From contig CAZYXZ010000006.1 in the NCBI GenBank assembly GCA_964651395.1, positions 1-63,585 on the forward strand: a DNA stretch of 63,585 bases, read 5' to 3'. Shown piece by piece: positions 26,590-35,227 of this stretch. How positions within the stretch are numbered: position 1 is the stretch's first letter; each line of letters opens with the position of its first letter. The position numbers and the translations under genes are program-made. Under the pieces are notes generated by a model. It saw only the letters and a program-made list of their open reading frames with translations. It searched no databases and had not been told where the DNA came from. The DNA comes from an uncultured Frankiaceae bacterium (GTDB lineage Bacteria; Actinomycetota; Actinomycetes; BP-191).

Positions 26590-29500
26590 CTACCGGCGCT
26601 GCGCGGCCGGCAGCACGACCGGCAGGTCGCCCGACACTCCCCACGCGACCGTGCTGATGTTGCGGACGTACCAGTGGCCGTTGCCGGGCCGGTAGACCGC
26701 GACATCGGTGACGCCGTCGCCGTTGTAGTCCCCCGGCTGCGGGATGTCGCCGTCCTGGCCCCAGGACATCTCGCCGCCACCGGGACCGCGCACGTACCAG
26801 ACACCGTTGGACGGTCGGAACACCGCGACGTCGGAGTCGCCGTCGCCGTCGTAGTCGGCGGGCACCGGGTAGTCCCCGTTCAGGCCCCAGTTCACGCCGG
26901 CGTCGCCGGTCTGGCCGAGGATGTACCAGAAGCCGTTCACGGGCCGGTACAGCGCGATGTCGTCGTCGCCGTCACCGTCGTAGTCGGCGGGCACTGGGAT
27001 GTCGCCGCTCTGCCCCCAGCGGACCGGTGACCCGGTGAGGAAGTACCACTGCCCGGTGGACGGCCGGTACACGGCCGGCTCCGCCTTCAGGTCGCCGTTG
27101 TAGTCGGCCGGTGCCGGGATGTCGCCGGGCAGCCCGAGGGTGTACGTCGCACCGCCCCGTACCGTCCACGTCCCCGCGGTGAGCAGCGACGCCGGACGGT
27201 ACGTCGCGTAGTCGACCCTGCCGTCACCGTCGTAGTCCGCGGGCACGGGCACGTCACCGCTGTTGCCGAAGACGAAGGACGTGCCGTTGCGGGTGAGCCA
27301 CTGACGGCTGCTCGGGCGGAAGACGAGGTGTTCGGTGATGCCGTCACCGCTGAAGTCACCTGGCGTGGCCAGCAACGGCCTCACGGTGACCGTCACCGTG
27401 CCGGTGCCGGTGGACTCGCCGTCGGAGAGGTCGTAGCCGAAGGTGTCCGTCCCGGAGAAGCCGGGCGCGGGCACGTACCGCACGCCGCTGCCGACCACCG
27501 TCGTCGTCCCGTGCGCCGGTGCCGCGACCGCGCTGATGGTCAGGGCGTCGCCGTCACCGTCGGAGTCGTTGGCCATGACGGGGATCACGACGGGCACGTT
27601 GCGCTTCGTGCTGGCCACGTCGGCGACCGCGACGGGCGCCGAGGTGTTGGGGCCGGAGGCGCAGCCGAGCGCGGCGATGCCCGTGAGGCGGACGTCGTCG
27701 ACCCACCAGCCCGGTACGCCGAACCCGGGCACGATGTCGTCGGTGCCGAGCCGCCAACGCAGGCGGACGAGCTGGTTGGCCAGCGCACCGAGCTTGACGA
27801 CCACCTCCGTGTCGGCGTCGATGAACGAGTTGCTCGTCCACGCCGCGCGCCCGCGCAGGGGCGCCGTGCTGGTCGCGTCGATGACGCCCGTGTAGGGACC
27901 GGCCGCGAAGGTGCCGCCGGCCTCGAGGACGTCACGCCAGCTCAGGCCGTTGTCCGTGCTCACCTCGAGCACGCCGCCGTCGAAGGCGTTCTCGAACGCG
28001 TAGCGGTGCCAGAAGGTCAGCTCCGTAGCGGCGGTGGCCCGGAACGCCGGCGAGATCAGCCGGTCGTCCTTGATCTCCGCGGACTCGGCGGAACTGTGGA
28101 ACGCGTAGGTGCCTGTGTGCGTGAGCGCGTCCGGTCGGACCGCCCAGGCGGGCGAGTTGGCGCCCTGCGCCAGCTGCGTGCTCCAGCCCGCCGGCAGCGT
28201 CCCCGCGGCCAATGGCTGGTCGTACGTCGACGCACACGTCGCGTTCACGACGACGACGGAGCCGACCACGGAATGCGCTCCGTCGGTCACGGTGTAGGTG
28301 AACGTGTCGGAGCCCCACCCGGTGGTCGGCGTGTAGGCCACCTTGCCACCGACGATCGAGGTGGTCCCTCGGGCGCCCTGGGTCACGCCCGTGAGTACCA
28401 GCGGGTCGTTGTTCTCGTCAGTGTCGTTGAACAGGACGTCCACCTGGCCCCCGCCCGACGGGAGCGCCACGGTGTCCGCCACCGCCGTGGGCGGGCGCGG
28501 GCCGGGAAGGATCGTGACCGTGACCGTCCCTACGTCGGTGTTGGCGCTCGGGTCGGTGACGACGTAGGTGAAGGTGTCGACACCCGTGGCGCCGGTGTTC
28601 GGGATGTAGCGCGCCTTGCCGTCGACCGTCATGTTCGTCGTGCCGAGTGCGCCGTTCGTGACGGACAGCAGGCTCAGCGGCTCGCTGTCGGGGTCGGTGT
28701 CGTTGGCCACGACGTCGGCCGTGAGCTCGACGTTCTCCGTCGTCGTCACGCTGTCATCGACCGCGACGGGCAGCCCGGTGGACGTGAGCTGCTCCTGGCC
28801 GATGCTGTAGTCGCACTGGCCGACCGCCGAGTCGGCGTCGGGGACGACGGCCACGGCGTCCTTGCGGGTGGTGAGGGAGAAACCGTTGAGCAACGTCCCG
28901 GCCGCCACGGTCGCGGGGTCCGGTTCCAGCCTCGTCGCGAGCTCGGTGTTGTAGGTGGCCAGCGGCAGGACAGCGGTGATCTCGTCCGTCGCCTCGTTGA
29001 ACGAACCGGTCACGTCGAACCACCGCGTGCCGCGCGCCCCGTTGTCGGCGTCGGCCAGGAAGAAGACCTCACCCGAGAGGTCGGTGCGGCTGATGTCGAG
29101 GTAGTGCTGCTGGGTGCCGTTCCGGAAGAACAGCTCGTAGATCTCGCCCTGCGAGCCGTTCGGGTGCGTCGCCGTGAGGTCCTTCACCTTGATGTGGAAG
29201 GTCACCGTGTTGGCGCCCGCCTCGTAGGTGAGGAACGTCTTGGTGACGTCGAGGTTCGGTTCCGACGGCGCCGGGGTGCCGGTGCCCAGGATCTGGTTCG
29301 CGTCGTCCTCCGGGTCGAGGATGACCGGACTCTGGTTCGTGCAGACGAGCCCACCGCCGTCGAAGGGCGTGAACGCCGTGAGCGTCGACGCCCCGGGCTC
29401 GCGGTCCATGGTCACGATCTCGAGCGCGCCGCCGTCCGGGTTGCCCCGCGGGAGCGCGTCGACGATGTGGTCGATGGGTCCGGCCGCGTTGGCCGGGATG

Positions 29501-30564
29501 TTCGTGTAGTGACCCGGGGTGCGCATCGCGTTCCATGTGAACGGCTTCGCGGGGCTGCCCATGTCACAGGGGGTGAGTGTCGCGTTGCGGTCGAACTCGG
29601 TGAGCCGCCACCGGTCGCCCTTCCAGCCGCCGGAGTTGTGCATCACCGACACGTCCATGTCGGGGCCGGACGTGGGTGAGTCGCACATCGCGTCCGCCGG
29701 CAGCTCCGCCTGGCCGACCGGGTAGAGGTCGGGGGCGTTGAGTGCGTAGTGGCTCATCTCGTGCGTGGAGATGTAGCCCATGTGCAGGTCGTCCGCCCAC
29801 TCGATGACCAGCTGACCGATCCGCCCGACGTAGAAGGAGATGCAGGGACTCCCGATGGCGAAGCCGGAGTACGTGTGGCTGTCGAAGGGCTGGCTCGTCT
29901 GCACGATCACGTCGGCGAGGTTCGGGCCGACCCCCGTGTGCTGCGGACCGCACGCGTTGAGCGCGATGCTCGGCGTGTTGGGGATGTTCGCGGCGTAGTC
30001 GAGGTTGGTGTCGGTGACCAGCACCTTGCCGAGCCGGATGTACTTGTCCGAGGCGTCGTAGAGCCGCTCGGCGAAGATGCTCATGCCCTGCGCGATGTCG
30101 GCGATCGCCAGGTCATGAGGGATCTCCGGCGGAAGGGACTGGCTGTCGAGCTGGACCAGCAGGTTGATCGTGTAGACGCCGTTCTGGAAGTTGTTCCAGG
30201 CGTTCTCGGCCTTGAAGCTGCGGATCTCGGACAGGTCGCCGGTGTTGAGGTCCTCCACCCGCCAGTAGACGGTCGAGTGCAGCGCCAGCCCGTCAGCGAC
30301 GGCCATCTGGCTCGTGTCGTCGACGCCCGGCAGCGGGGCAGTCTGCTTGTCCAGGTTGTCGGGGTCGGTCCCGTAGTGGACGAGACCCGCGACCGGATGG
30401 GCGGCGCTCCACGCGAAGACCCCGCGGAACCCGGTCTTGGTCGCGAAGCCCTCCAGGCGCGTGAACACCGGGTCGGCCGCGGAGGCGGAGCCGGTGGCCA
30501 GCGGACTGAGCAGCAGCCCGGGCAGCAGGACGGACGCAAGCAGCATGGAAAAGCGGCGGCGCAT
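26590..30564 (-). CDS. Large secreted multidomain protein: CLCA-like HExxH zinc protease, unnamed domain, two tandem Ig/cadherin-like repeats, MAM/InhA-type jelly roll, a third Ig/cadherin-like repeat, FG-GAP repeats
   Basis: Signal peptide; THEMSHYALNAPDLY (29749-29763); three PxAVxD...VxANDxDxD...G.DTFTY repeats; LTFWHRY...DGGVLEVS...GWWVDDV; six DYDGDG-type repeats. Confidence 0.8.
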   Translation of the reverse strand: MRRRFSMLLASVLLPGLLLSPLATGSASAADPVFTRLEGFATKTGFRGVFAWSAAHPVAGLVHYGTDPDNLDKQTAPLPGVDDTSQMAVADGLALHSTVYWRVEDLNTGDLSEIRSFKAENAWNNFQNGVYTINLLVQLDSQSLPPEIPHDLAIADIAQGMSIFAERLYDASDKYIRLGKVLVTDTNLDYAANIPNTPSIALNACGPQHTGVGPNLADVIVQTSQPFDSHTYSGFAIGSPCISFYVGRIGQLVIEWADDLHMGYISTHEMSHYALNAPDLYPVGQAELPADAMCDSPTSGPDMDVSVMHNSGGWKGDRWRLTEFDRNATLTPCDMGSPAKPFTWNAMRTPGHYTNIPANAAGPIDHIVDALPRGNPDGGALEIVTMDREPGASTLTAFTPFDGGGLVCTNQSPVILDPEDDANQILGTGTPAPSEPNLDVTKTFLTYEAGANTVTFHIKVKDLTATHPNGSQGEIYELFFRNGTQQHYLDISRTDLSGEVFFLADADNGARGTRWFDVTGSFNEATDEITAVLPLATYNTELATRLEPDPATVAAGTLLNGFSLTTRKDAVAVVPDADSAVGQCDYSIGQEQLTSTGLPVAVDDSVTTTENVELTADVVANDTDPDSEPLSLLSVTNGALGTTNMTVDGKARYIPNTGATGVDTFTYVVTDPSANTDVGTVTVTILPGPRPPTAVADTVALPSGGGQVDVLFNDTDENNDPLVLTGVTQGARGTTSIVGGKVAYTPTTGWGSDTFTYTVTDGAHSVVGSVVVVNATCASTYDQPLAAGTLPAGWSTQLAQGANSPAWAVRPDALTHTGTYAFHSSAESAEIKDDRLISPAFRATAATELTFWHRYAFENAFDGGVLEVSTDNGLSWRDVLEAGGTFAAGPYTGVIDATSTAPLRGRAAWTSNSFIDADTEVVVKLGALANQLVRLRWRLGTDDIVPGFGVPGWWVDDVRLTGIAALGCASGPNTSAPVAVADVASTKRNVPVVIPVMANDSDGDGDALTISAVAAPAHGTTTVVGSGVRYVPAPGFSGTDTFGYDLSDGESTGTGTVTVTVRPLLATPGDFSGDGITEHLVFRPSSRQWLTRNGTSFVFGNSGDVPVPADYDGDGRVDYATYRPASLLTAGTWTVRGGATYTLGLPGDIPAPADYNGDLKAEPAVYRPSTGQWYFLTGSPVRWGQSGDIPVPADYDGDGDDDIALYRPVNGFWYILGQTGDAGVNWGLNGDYPVPADYDGDGDSDVAVFRPSNGVWYVRGPGGGEMSWGQDGDIPQPGDYNGDGVTDVAVYRPGNGHWYVRNISTVAWGVSGDLPVVLPAAQRR
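26630..27365 (-). repeat. Six FG-GAP/VCBS-like coding repeats
   Basis: GDFSGDG, ADYDGDG, ADYNGDL, ADYDGDG, ADYDGDG, GDYNGDG, each followed by A(V/L/T)(Y/F)RP-like...W. Confidence 0.85.
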
Positions 30565-30698
30565 GGGACCCCCGAGAAGGCTGCGGGGGGCTCTGGGCGT
30601 CCCCCCGGCAGGCGGCGCGAAGTATGACAGTTAAGCGGCCTTACGGCTAGCCACTGACACACAGCGAGCGCCACCCGGAAGCCGGTACCTTCCCGGGC

Positions 30699-31106
30699 AT
30701 GACCCTCCGGGCGCAGCTCAGCGAGCTGGGCGAGCTGGTCGTCGGCCAGCGCTGGGCCGACCTCGGGCAGCGGATGTCCCCCTGGCTGTCCGGCCGGCAA
30801 GACGCCCGCGACGAGCTCGCCACCTTCATCGACGAGATGCGCGCCGAATGGGACCTGCCCGACGACGCCTGGCCGTCGGCCGCGGACATCGACACGAACC
30901 CGCTGGGCCCCGACGAGCTACGCGGCTTCTATCCCGACAAGCTCGATCCCGACATCGACGACGACAACTTCCTCGGCTACGGCTGCCTCCAGCTGCTCGC
31001 CTCGGAGGACGAGCCGCACGACGCCTACGCCGACGTCTGGGTCGCGCTCTACACGCGGGACGGAGCCTCGGTCGTCGGCCTCTGGCACGTCGACTACCCC
31101 GACTAG
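30699..31106 (+). CDS. Acidic hypothetical protein
   Basis: 135 aa, Asp/Glu-rich, normal codon usage; TACCTT-N7-ATG leaderless signature. Confidence 0.7.
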   Translation: MTLRAQLSELGELVVGQRWADLGQRMSPWLSGRQDARDELATFIDEMRAEWDLPDDAWPSAADIDTNPLGPDELRGFYPDKLDPDIDDDNFLGYGCLQLLASEDEPHDAYADVWVALYTRDGASVVGLWHVDYPD

Positions 31107-31756
31107 CCGCTGACCTTCACGCAGGTCGGCGTACCGAGTGGGTAGGAGCCCTTGCTGCTCGCGGAGTCGGAGCTGCCGCCGGTCGAGACGTATCCGCGGC
31201 CCGGTTCGAAGACACCGCGGTTGCCGACGAAGCGGTAGGACCAGATCTCCGGCTGTCTGATCCGGTCACCCGGCGCCATCCGGGCGTGGGGACGGAACGC
31301 CGTCAGCGGTGCGTGGATCCGAACAGTGCTGCGGTCATCGTCGAAGTCCCCGTCGATGATGGCCAGCCGTCCGTGAAAGGCGGCGCCGTTGCCCTCGGTC
31401 TTGCCGCCGGTCAGGACCCAGAGCTCGAAGAGCGTGCCCTCCGGGCTCCTCTGGGCGTGCAGCTGGAACTCAGCCCGGTCGACGAGGAAGTCGACATGGA
31501 ACCGCAGTCCCCCCGGCGCGGTCGGGTCGACCTGCTCCAGTGAGTTCAACCGGATCATCGCGGTGAGTCGACTGCGGTCACTCACGAAGTCGGCGCCGAT
31601 GATGTCCAGGTTGGGTGAGCTGTAGGACGGGACACCGTCGATGGTGGCGTCCCCGCGTGGGTCCACGACAAGGTTGCACGACGAAGGCGCAGCCACGACC
31701 GGGGACGCGGTGAGCGCCACCGCGACCATGCCGACGCAGAGCCGCCCGAGAGTCAT
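31103..31756 (-). CDS. Secreted protein, unnamed disulfide-closed domain (paralog B)
   Basis: Signal ending PVVA; SCNLVVDPRGD...PNLDII...GDFDDD...SYPLGTPTC; ATGA overlap with paralog A. Confidence 0.8.
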   Translation of the reverse strand: MTLGRLCVGMVAVALTASPVVAAPSSCNLVVDPRGDATIDGVPSYSSPNLDIIGADFVSDRSRLTAMIRLNSLEQVDPTAPGGLRFHVDFLVDRAEFQLHAQRSPEGTLFELWVLTGGKTEGNGAAFHGRLAIIDGDFDDDRSTVRIHAPLTAFRPHARMAPGDRIRQPEIWSYRFVGNRGVFEPGRGYVSTGGSSDSASSKGSYPLGTPTCVKVSG

Positions 31757-32409
31757 CGACCGATGGGCACGCAGCTCGGGGTGCCGATCGTGTACGACGA
31801 GGCGTACGCCGAGCCGAAGTCCATGTCGCCACCAAGGCCGCTTCCCACGGTGTTGCTGCCCGTGTACTGCTGGCTCCACGCGGCGAGTGCCTTGAGCGGG
31901 GCGCCCTTGTGCACCGCTGCCGGGTTGGGCAGCTGCGACTTCGGCAGCCACATCCGGATCTCGTCGTTGGCGACGTCGAACGCGCCGCTGATGGGACCGA
32001 GGTCGGTGCCGATGATGGCGCTCGCCGAGTTCTCGTCGTCCGTCGGGACGGACGTCGCGTAGAAGGCGTCGCCGTCCTGCGCGTGCCACGCGTCGAGCTG
32101 GATGCGCGCACTGCCGACGGTGAAGCGGATGAGGTAGCCGGAGCCGAGCGGCGACAGCGGCTCGAGCATGGCGCCGAGGTCGCGCACCCGGACCGCCGCC
32201 GCGACCGTCGTCCCGTCGGAGGCCACGTCCGCCGAGACCAAGTCGAGCACGCCTTCGGACGGGAAGCGGACCGGGCCGGTGCCGGGGTCGACGTCGTCCC
32301 AGCCCACGTCGTTCGCCCGGTCGACGAGCTGGTTGCAGGTCGGCGCGGCGTGGGCCCCGGGGACCATCACGGCGAGGACGGCGAAGCTGGCGAGAAGGAC
32401 GCGGCGCAT
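31753..32409 (-). CDS. Secreted protein, unnamed disulfide-closed domain (paralog A)
   Basis: Signal ending GAHA; TCNQLVDRAND...VLDLV...GAFDVANDEIR...SYTIGTPSC; SD AGGAG. Confidence 0.8.
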   Translation of the reverse strand: MRRVLLASFAVLAVMVPGAHAAPTCNQLVDRANDVGWDDVDPGTGPVRFPSEGVLDLVSADVASDGTTVAAAVRVRDLGAMLEPLSPLGSGYLIRFTVGSARIQLDAWHAQDGDAFYATSVPTDDENSASAIIGTDLGPISGAFDVANDEIRMWLPKSQLPNPAAVHKGAPLKALAAWSQQYTGSNTVGSGLGGDMDFGSAYASSYTIGTPSCVPIGR

Positions 32410-32486
32410 GTCGGCTCCTGACTGGGTCGAGTCGATGTCGCCAGGTTCAGAGTGCGCAGCGACCGCCGCGGTTCAACTTCACTACG

Positions 32487-33284
32487 TCAGGCGCGGATGA
32501 CCTTCGGCCCGGACACCTCGGTGTGCTGAGCCGCCGTGGACTGGGCGTAGACCTCGTAGCTGCCCTTGGGCAGTCGCGCGCCGCTCTGGTCGACCAGGTC
32601 GAGATGGTGGGTCCACGTGTAGCAGCGGTCCTTCACCATCGGCAGCTCGTGCGCGCCACCGGCCGGCAGTCTCTGACCACGGGTCCAGCGCCACACGTCG
32701 GTCGTGCTACCCGCCCGGCGGATGAACAGGTCCACCTCGGGGGCGCCGGCGAAGCTCAGCTTGCCGCTGTCCTCGGAGAGCGAGTAGGTGCAGATCGAGT
32801 AGGCGATGTGGTACCCGCCACCCTGCTTGGCCGGCATCTCCGACGCGTTGAAGCGCGCGCAGTACTCCCTGTTGCCGAGCTGCGGTATCGACAGGGCGTC
32901 GCAGCCTCCGCCGTCCGGCCGCCGGTAGATCGGCGAGCGTCCCGGGACCGTCGACGGCGCGGCCGGTTGCGCCAGGGCCGGCTGGTCCTGTCGCCCCCGC
33001 GGCGCGACGTTCCCCGACGGAGCTGGGTCCGGCGTCGCGTCGGCCACGGGGGCGACGTCGTGGCGGACCGTCGGCGGGCTCGGCGGGAGCTGCGTCAGGT
33101 CCACGTTGTCGGCCTGCGGTGCGAGGGCGCTGCCGCTCATCGACAGCACCAGAGCGACGACCGCGGCGCCCCCGCACACGGAACCACCCAGCCGGGCCAG
33201 CCGGCGGCGCCGGCTCCGGCCGATCATCGCCTCGATGTCGCCAGGCCGCAGTGCGAACTCGGCCGCGTCAGGAAGCCGGGTCAT
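32487..33284 (-). CDS. Putative anti-sigma factor: single TM, Pro-rich linker, BsuPI-like C-terminal domain
   Basis: ATGA-coupled to the ECF sigma; RSRRRRLAR plus TM; LSFAGAPEVDLFI...VWRWTRGQ...DQSGARLPKGSYEVYA resembles the BsuPI pattern. Confidence 0.65.
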   Translation of the reverse strand: MTRLPDAAEFALRPGDIEAMIGRSRRRRLARLGGSVCGGAAVVALVLSMSGSALAPQADNVDLTQLPPSPPTVRHDVAPVADATPDPAPSGNVAPRGRQDQPALAQPAAPSTVPGRSPIYRRPDGGGCDALSIPQLGNREYCARFNASEMPAKQGGGYHIAYSICTYSLSEDSGKLSFAGAPEVDLFIRRAGSTTDVWRWTRGQRLPAGGAHELPMVKDRCYTWTHHLDLVDQSGARLPKGSYEVYAQSTAAQHTEVSGPKVIRA

Positions 33285-33811
33285 GGCGTCTCCTCCCGCA
33301 GCGCGGGGGCCAGCAGCGTCCGGGCCTCGCTGAGCCGCCGCTTCACAGTGCCTTCCGGCTGGCCGAGCTGACGGGCCACCTCGGTGACCGGCAGGTCGGC
33401 GTAGTAGTGCAAGACGACGACGTCGCGCCACTTCCGGGGCAGCCGGTCGACCGCGTCCCAGACCCCGGAGTCGGGTGGCGCGAGGTTCTGCGGCTTGGGC
33501 AGCTGCTCGAGCGCCAGCCGCTCGTCCCGGCGGCGACGCCAGGAGTGACGGACCAGGTTCGTCGCGACCAGGTAGGCGTAGGCCCGCGGTTCGCGTACGG
33601 CGGTCCAGCGGCCGAACAGTCGCACGATCGCCTCCTGCGCCACGTCGCGCGCGTCCTCGACGTTCCCGGTGAGCCGGTAGCAGTAGCGGGCCAGCGCGGC
33701 GTACTCGACCTCGCAGAAGGCACGCTGCGCCTCGGCGCGCGACACGCGGTCGGTCGCGGCGACGACGACGCCCGCATCCACGACGGCCTCCCCCGAACCG
33801 GTCCTCGTCAC
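33281..33811 (-). CDS. ECF RNA polymerase sigma factor (actinobacterial SigE-like family)
   Basis: LTGNVEDARDVAQEA (region 2); DRLPRKWRDVVVLHYYADLPVTEVARQLGQPEGTVKRRLSEAR (region 4). Confidence 0.92.
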   Translation of the reverse strand: MTRTGSGEAVVDAGVVVAATDRVSRAEAQRAFCEVEYAALARYCYRLTGNVEDARDVAQEAIVRLFGRWTAVREPRAYAYLVATNLVRHSWRRRRDERLALEQLPKPQNLAPPDSGVWDAVDRLPRKWRDVVVLHYYADLPVTEVARQLGQPEGTVKRRLSEARTLLAPALREETP

Positions 33812-33860
33812 CCTAGAGTCGAAACCGGTTACCTGGGTTCAAAGAATTTCGGGGGCGGAC

Positions 33861-34514
33861 GTGCTGACCCTGCTCTCCATCGTGTGCCTCTGCGCTGCGT
33901 TGGCCGTCATCGCGCGCTGGTACCCCCGGCGCGTCGACGCGCTCGGCCGCGCGCACAAGTTCCCCTACGTCGCCGTCTCAGTGCTCACCGTCCTGGGGCT
34001 CCTCCTCGCGCTCCCGGGCTACCTGCGCGGGCGCCAGGAGGCGAAGCTGGCCACGGTCGCCTCGGTGCTCGCCGGCCGCGAGGTCGAGGTGCACTGCCAG
34101 AGCTTCGGCGAGGCGTTCGTCGACGCCGGGGCCGAGGCCGGGTACGTGAAGTTCACCGCAGACGGCCAGGCGGAGCCGAGCACACTGATCAAGCGCGACC
34201 AGTGCGCCGACCTGAACAGCTACCTGAAGTCGGACAAGCGGAACCCGTCGCGCGCGCAGGTCGCCGCCATCCACGTGCTGACCCATGAAGCCATGCACAT
34301 GCGCGGCATCCTCAACGAGGCGCAGACCGAGTGCGCCGCGGTCCAGCGGAACGCGTACACCGCGCGGCTGCTCGGCGCGGACGACGCGCACGCGAAGGAG
34401 GTCGCGCGGATCTACTGGCGGCTGATCTATCCCGAGATGCCGAGCGGCTACCGGACCACCGAATGCCGCGCGGGCGGCAAGCTCGACGAGGGCCTGTCCG
34501 ACGCGCCCTGGTAG
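33861..34514 (+). CDS. Membrane-anchored hypothetical protein with an HExxH zincin motif
   Basis: Two N-terminal TMs; VLTHEAMHMRGILNEAQTECAAVQ; four extracytoplasmic Cys. Confidence 0.7.
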   Translation: MLTLLSIVCLCAALAVIARWYPRRVDALGRAHKFPYVAVSVLTVLGLLLALPGYLRGRQEAKLATVASVLAGREVEVHCQSFGEAFVDAGAEAGYVKFTADGQAEPSTLIKRDQCADLNSYLKSDKRNPSRAQVAAIHVLTHEAMHMRGILNEAQTECAAVQRNAYTARLLGADDAHAKEVARIYWRLIYPEMPSGYRTTECRAGGKLDEGLSDAPW

Positions 34515-34521
34515 GCGCGGG

Positions 34522-35226
34522 TCACCAGCGCGGCGACCAGGCCGTCGTACGGAGCAGCTTGCTGCGCCACTGGTCGCGGTAGGTCAGCGCGGTCGCCATG
34601 AACGATCCCGGACCCTTGCGCTCCGGCGGGGTCTCGGTGGTCAGCAGCTCCAGCAGGCGGGAGTTGTCGACGATCTTCTGCCAGAGGATCGCCTCCTTGC
34701 GCCGACCGGCGCCGAAGGCCGGCTGCCACACGACCTGGATGTCGAGCAGCCGGGTGTCCGCGGGCCGCGCCTGCATCATCTGGTAGTAGCCCTCGTCCCA
34801 GAACCGGATGTAGTCGTCGACCGGTGCGTGCGGCCAGCCGGTGTCCTCCATGAACAGCGACAGCTCGTGCTCCAACGGCGTCGTCGGCACCGTGGCGAAA
34901 TCGACCTCCTGCAACGGTGACCACGGCACCGGGAGCAGCGTCTTCTGCGTCACCGCATGGCGCATCTCGTCCAGCCGCGCGTGCAGCGTCCGCAGGTCGC
35001 CGGTCTGCACGCGCTCGGCCAGCCGCTGCCACGCGGCGCCGTCACGGACCGCAGTCACGGTGAGCAGCTGGTAGGCCTCCGCCGTCCCGTGCACGTGCCG
35101 GCAGAACCAGAGCAGGCGCGCGTCGTCGGTCTCCCCGAGCAGCGGCATGAGCTCGTCGCGGTAGACCTCCTCGAAGCGGTCCTCCTCCGTGCCGCGCACC
35201 TCGTGCACCTCGTGGACGTAGAGCAC
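34522..35226 (-). CDS. Hypothetical protein, probable duplicated NIPSNAP-like alpha/beta barrel
   Basis: Two similar halves ending in W...L/ML+P..WSP; GTG lies 1 nt after the ligase stop. Confidence 0.6.
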   Translation of the reverse strand: MLYVHEVHEVRGTEEDRFEEVYRDELMPLLGETDDARLLWFCRHVHGTAEAYQLLTVTAVRDGAAWQRLAERVQTGDLRTLHARLDEMRHAVTQKTLLPVPWSPLQEVDFATVPTTPLEHELSLFMEDTGWPHAPVDDYIRFWDEGYYQMMQARPADTRLLDIQVVWQPAFGAGRRKEAILWQKIVDNSRLLELLTTETPPERKGPGSFMATALTYRDQWRSKLLRTTAWSPRW

Positions 35227-35227
35227 G

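Noticed and set aside
26630-27365. Regularly spaced DNA repeats resembling a CRISPR-like array
   Set aside because: They are in-frame FG-GAP coding repeats with synonymous variation; no cas genes are present.
25480-34514. Possible integrative element or genomic island starting at tRNA-Phe
   Set aside because: No integrase or transposase, no duplicated tRNA 3' end (att site) found, and codon style matches the flanks. It is treated only as an accessory region.
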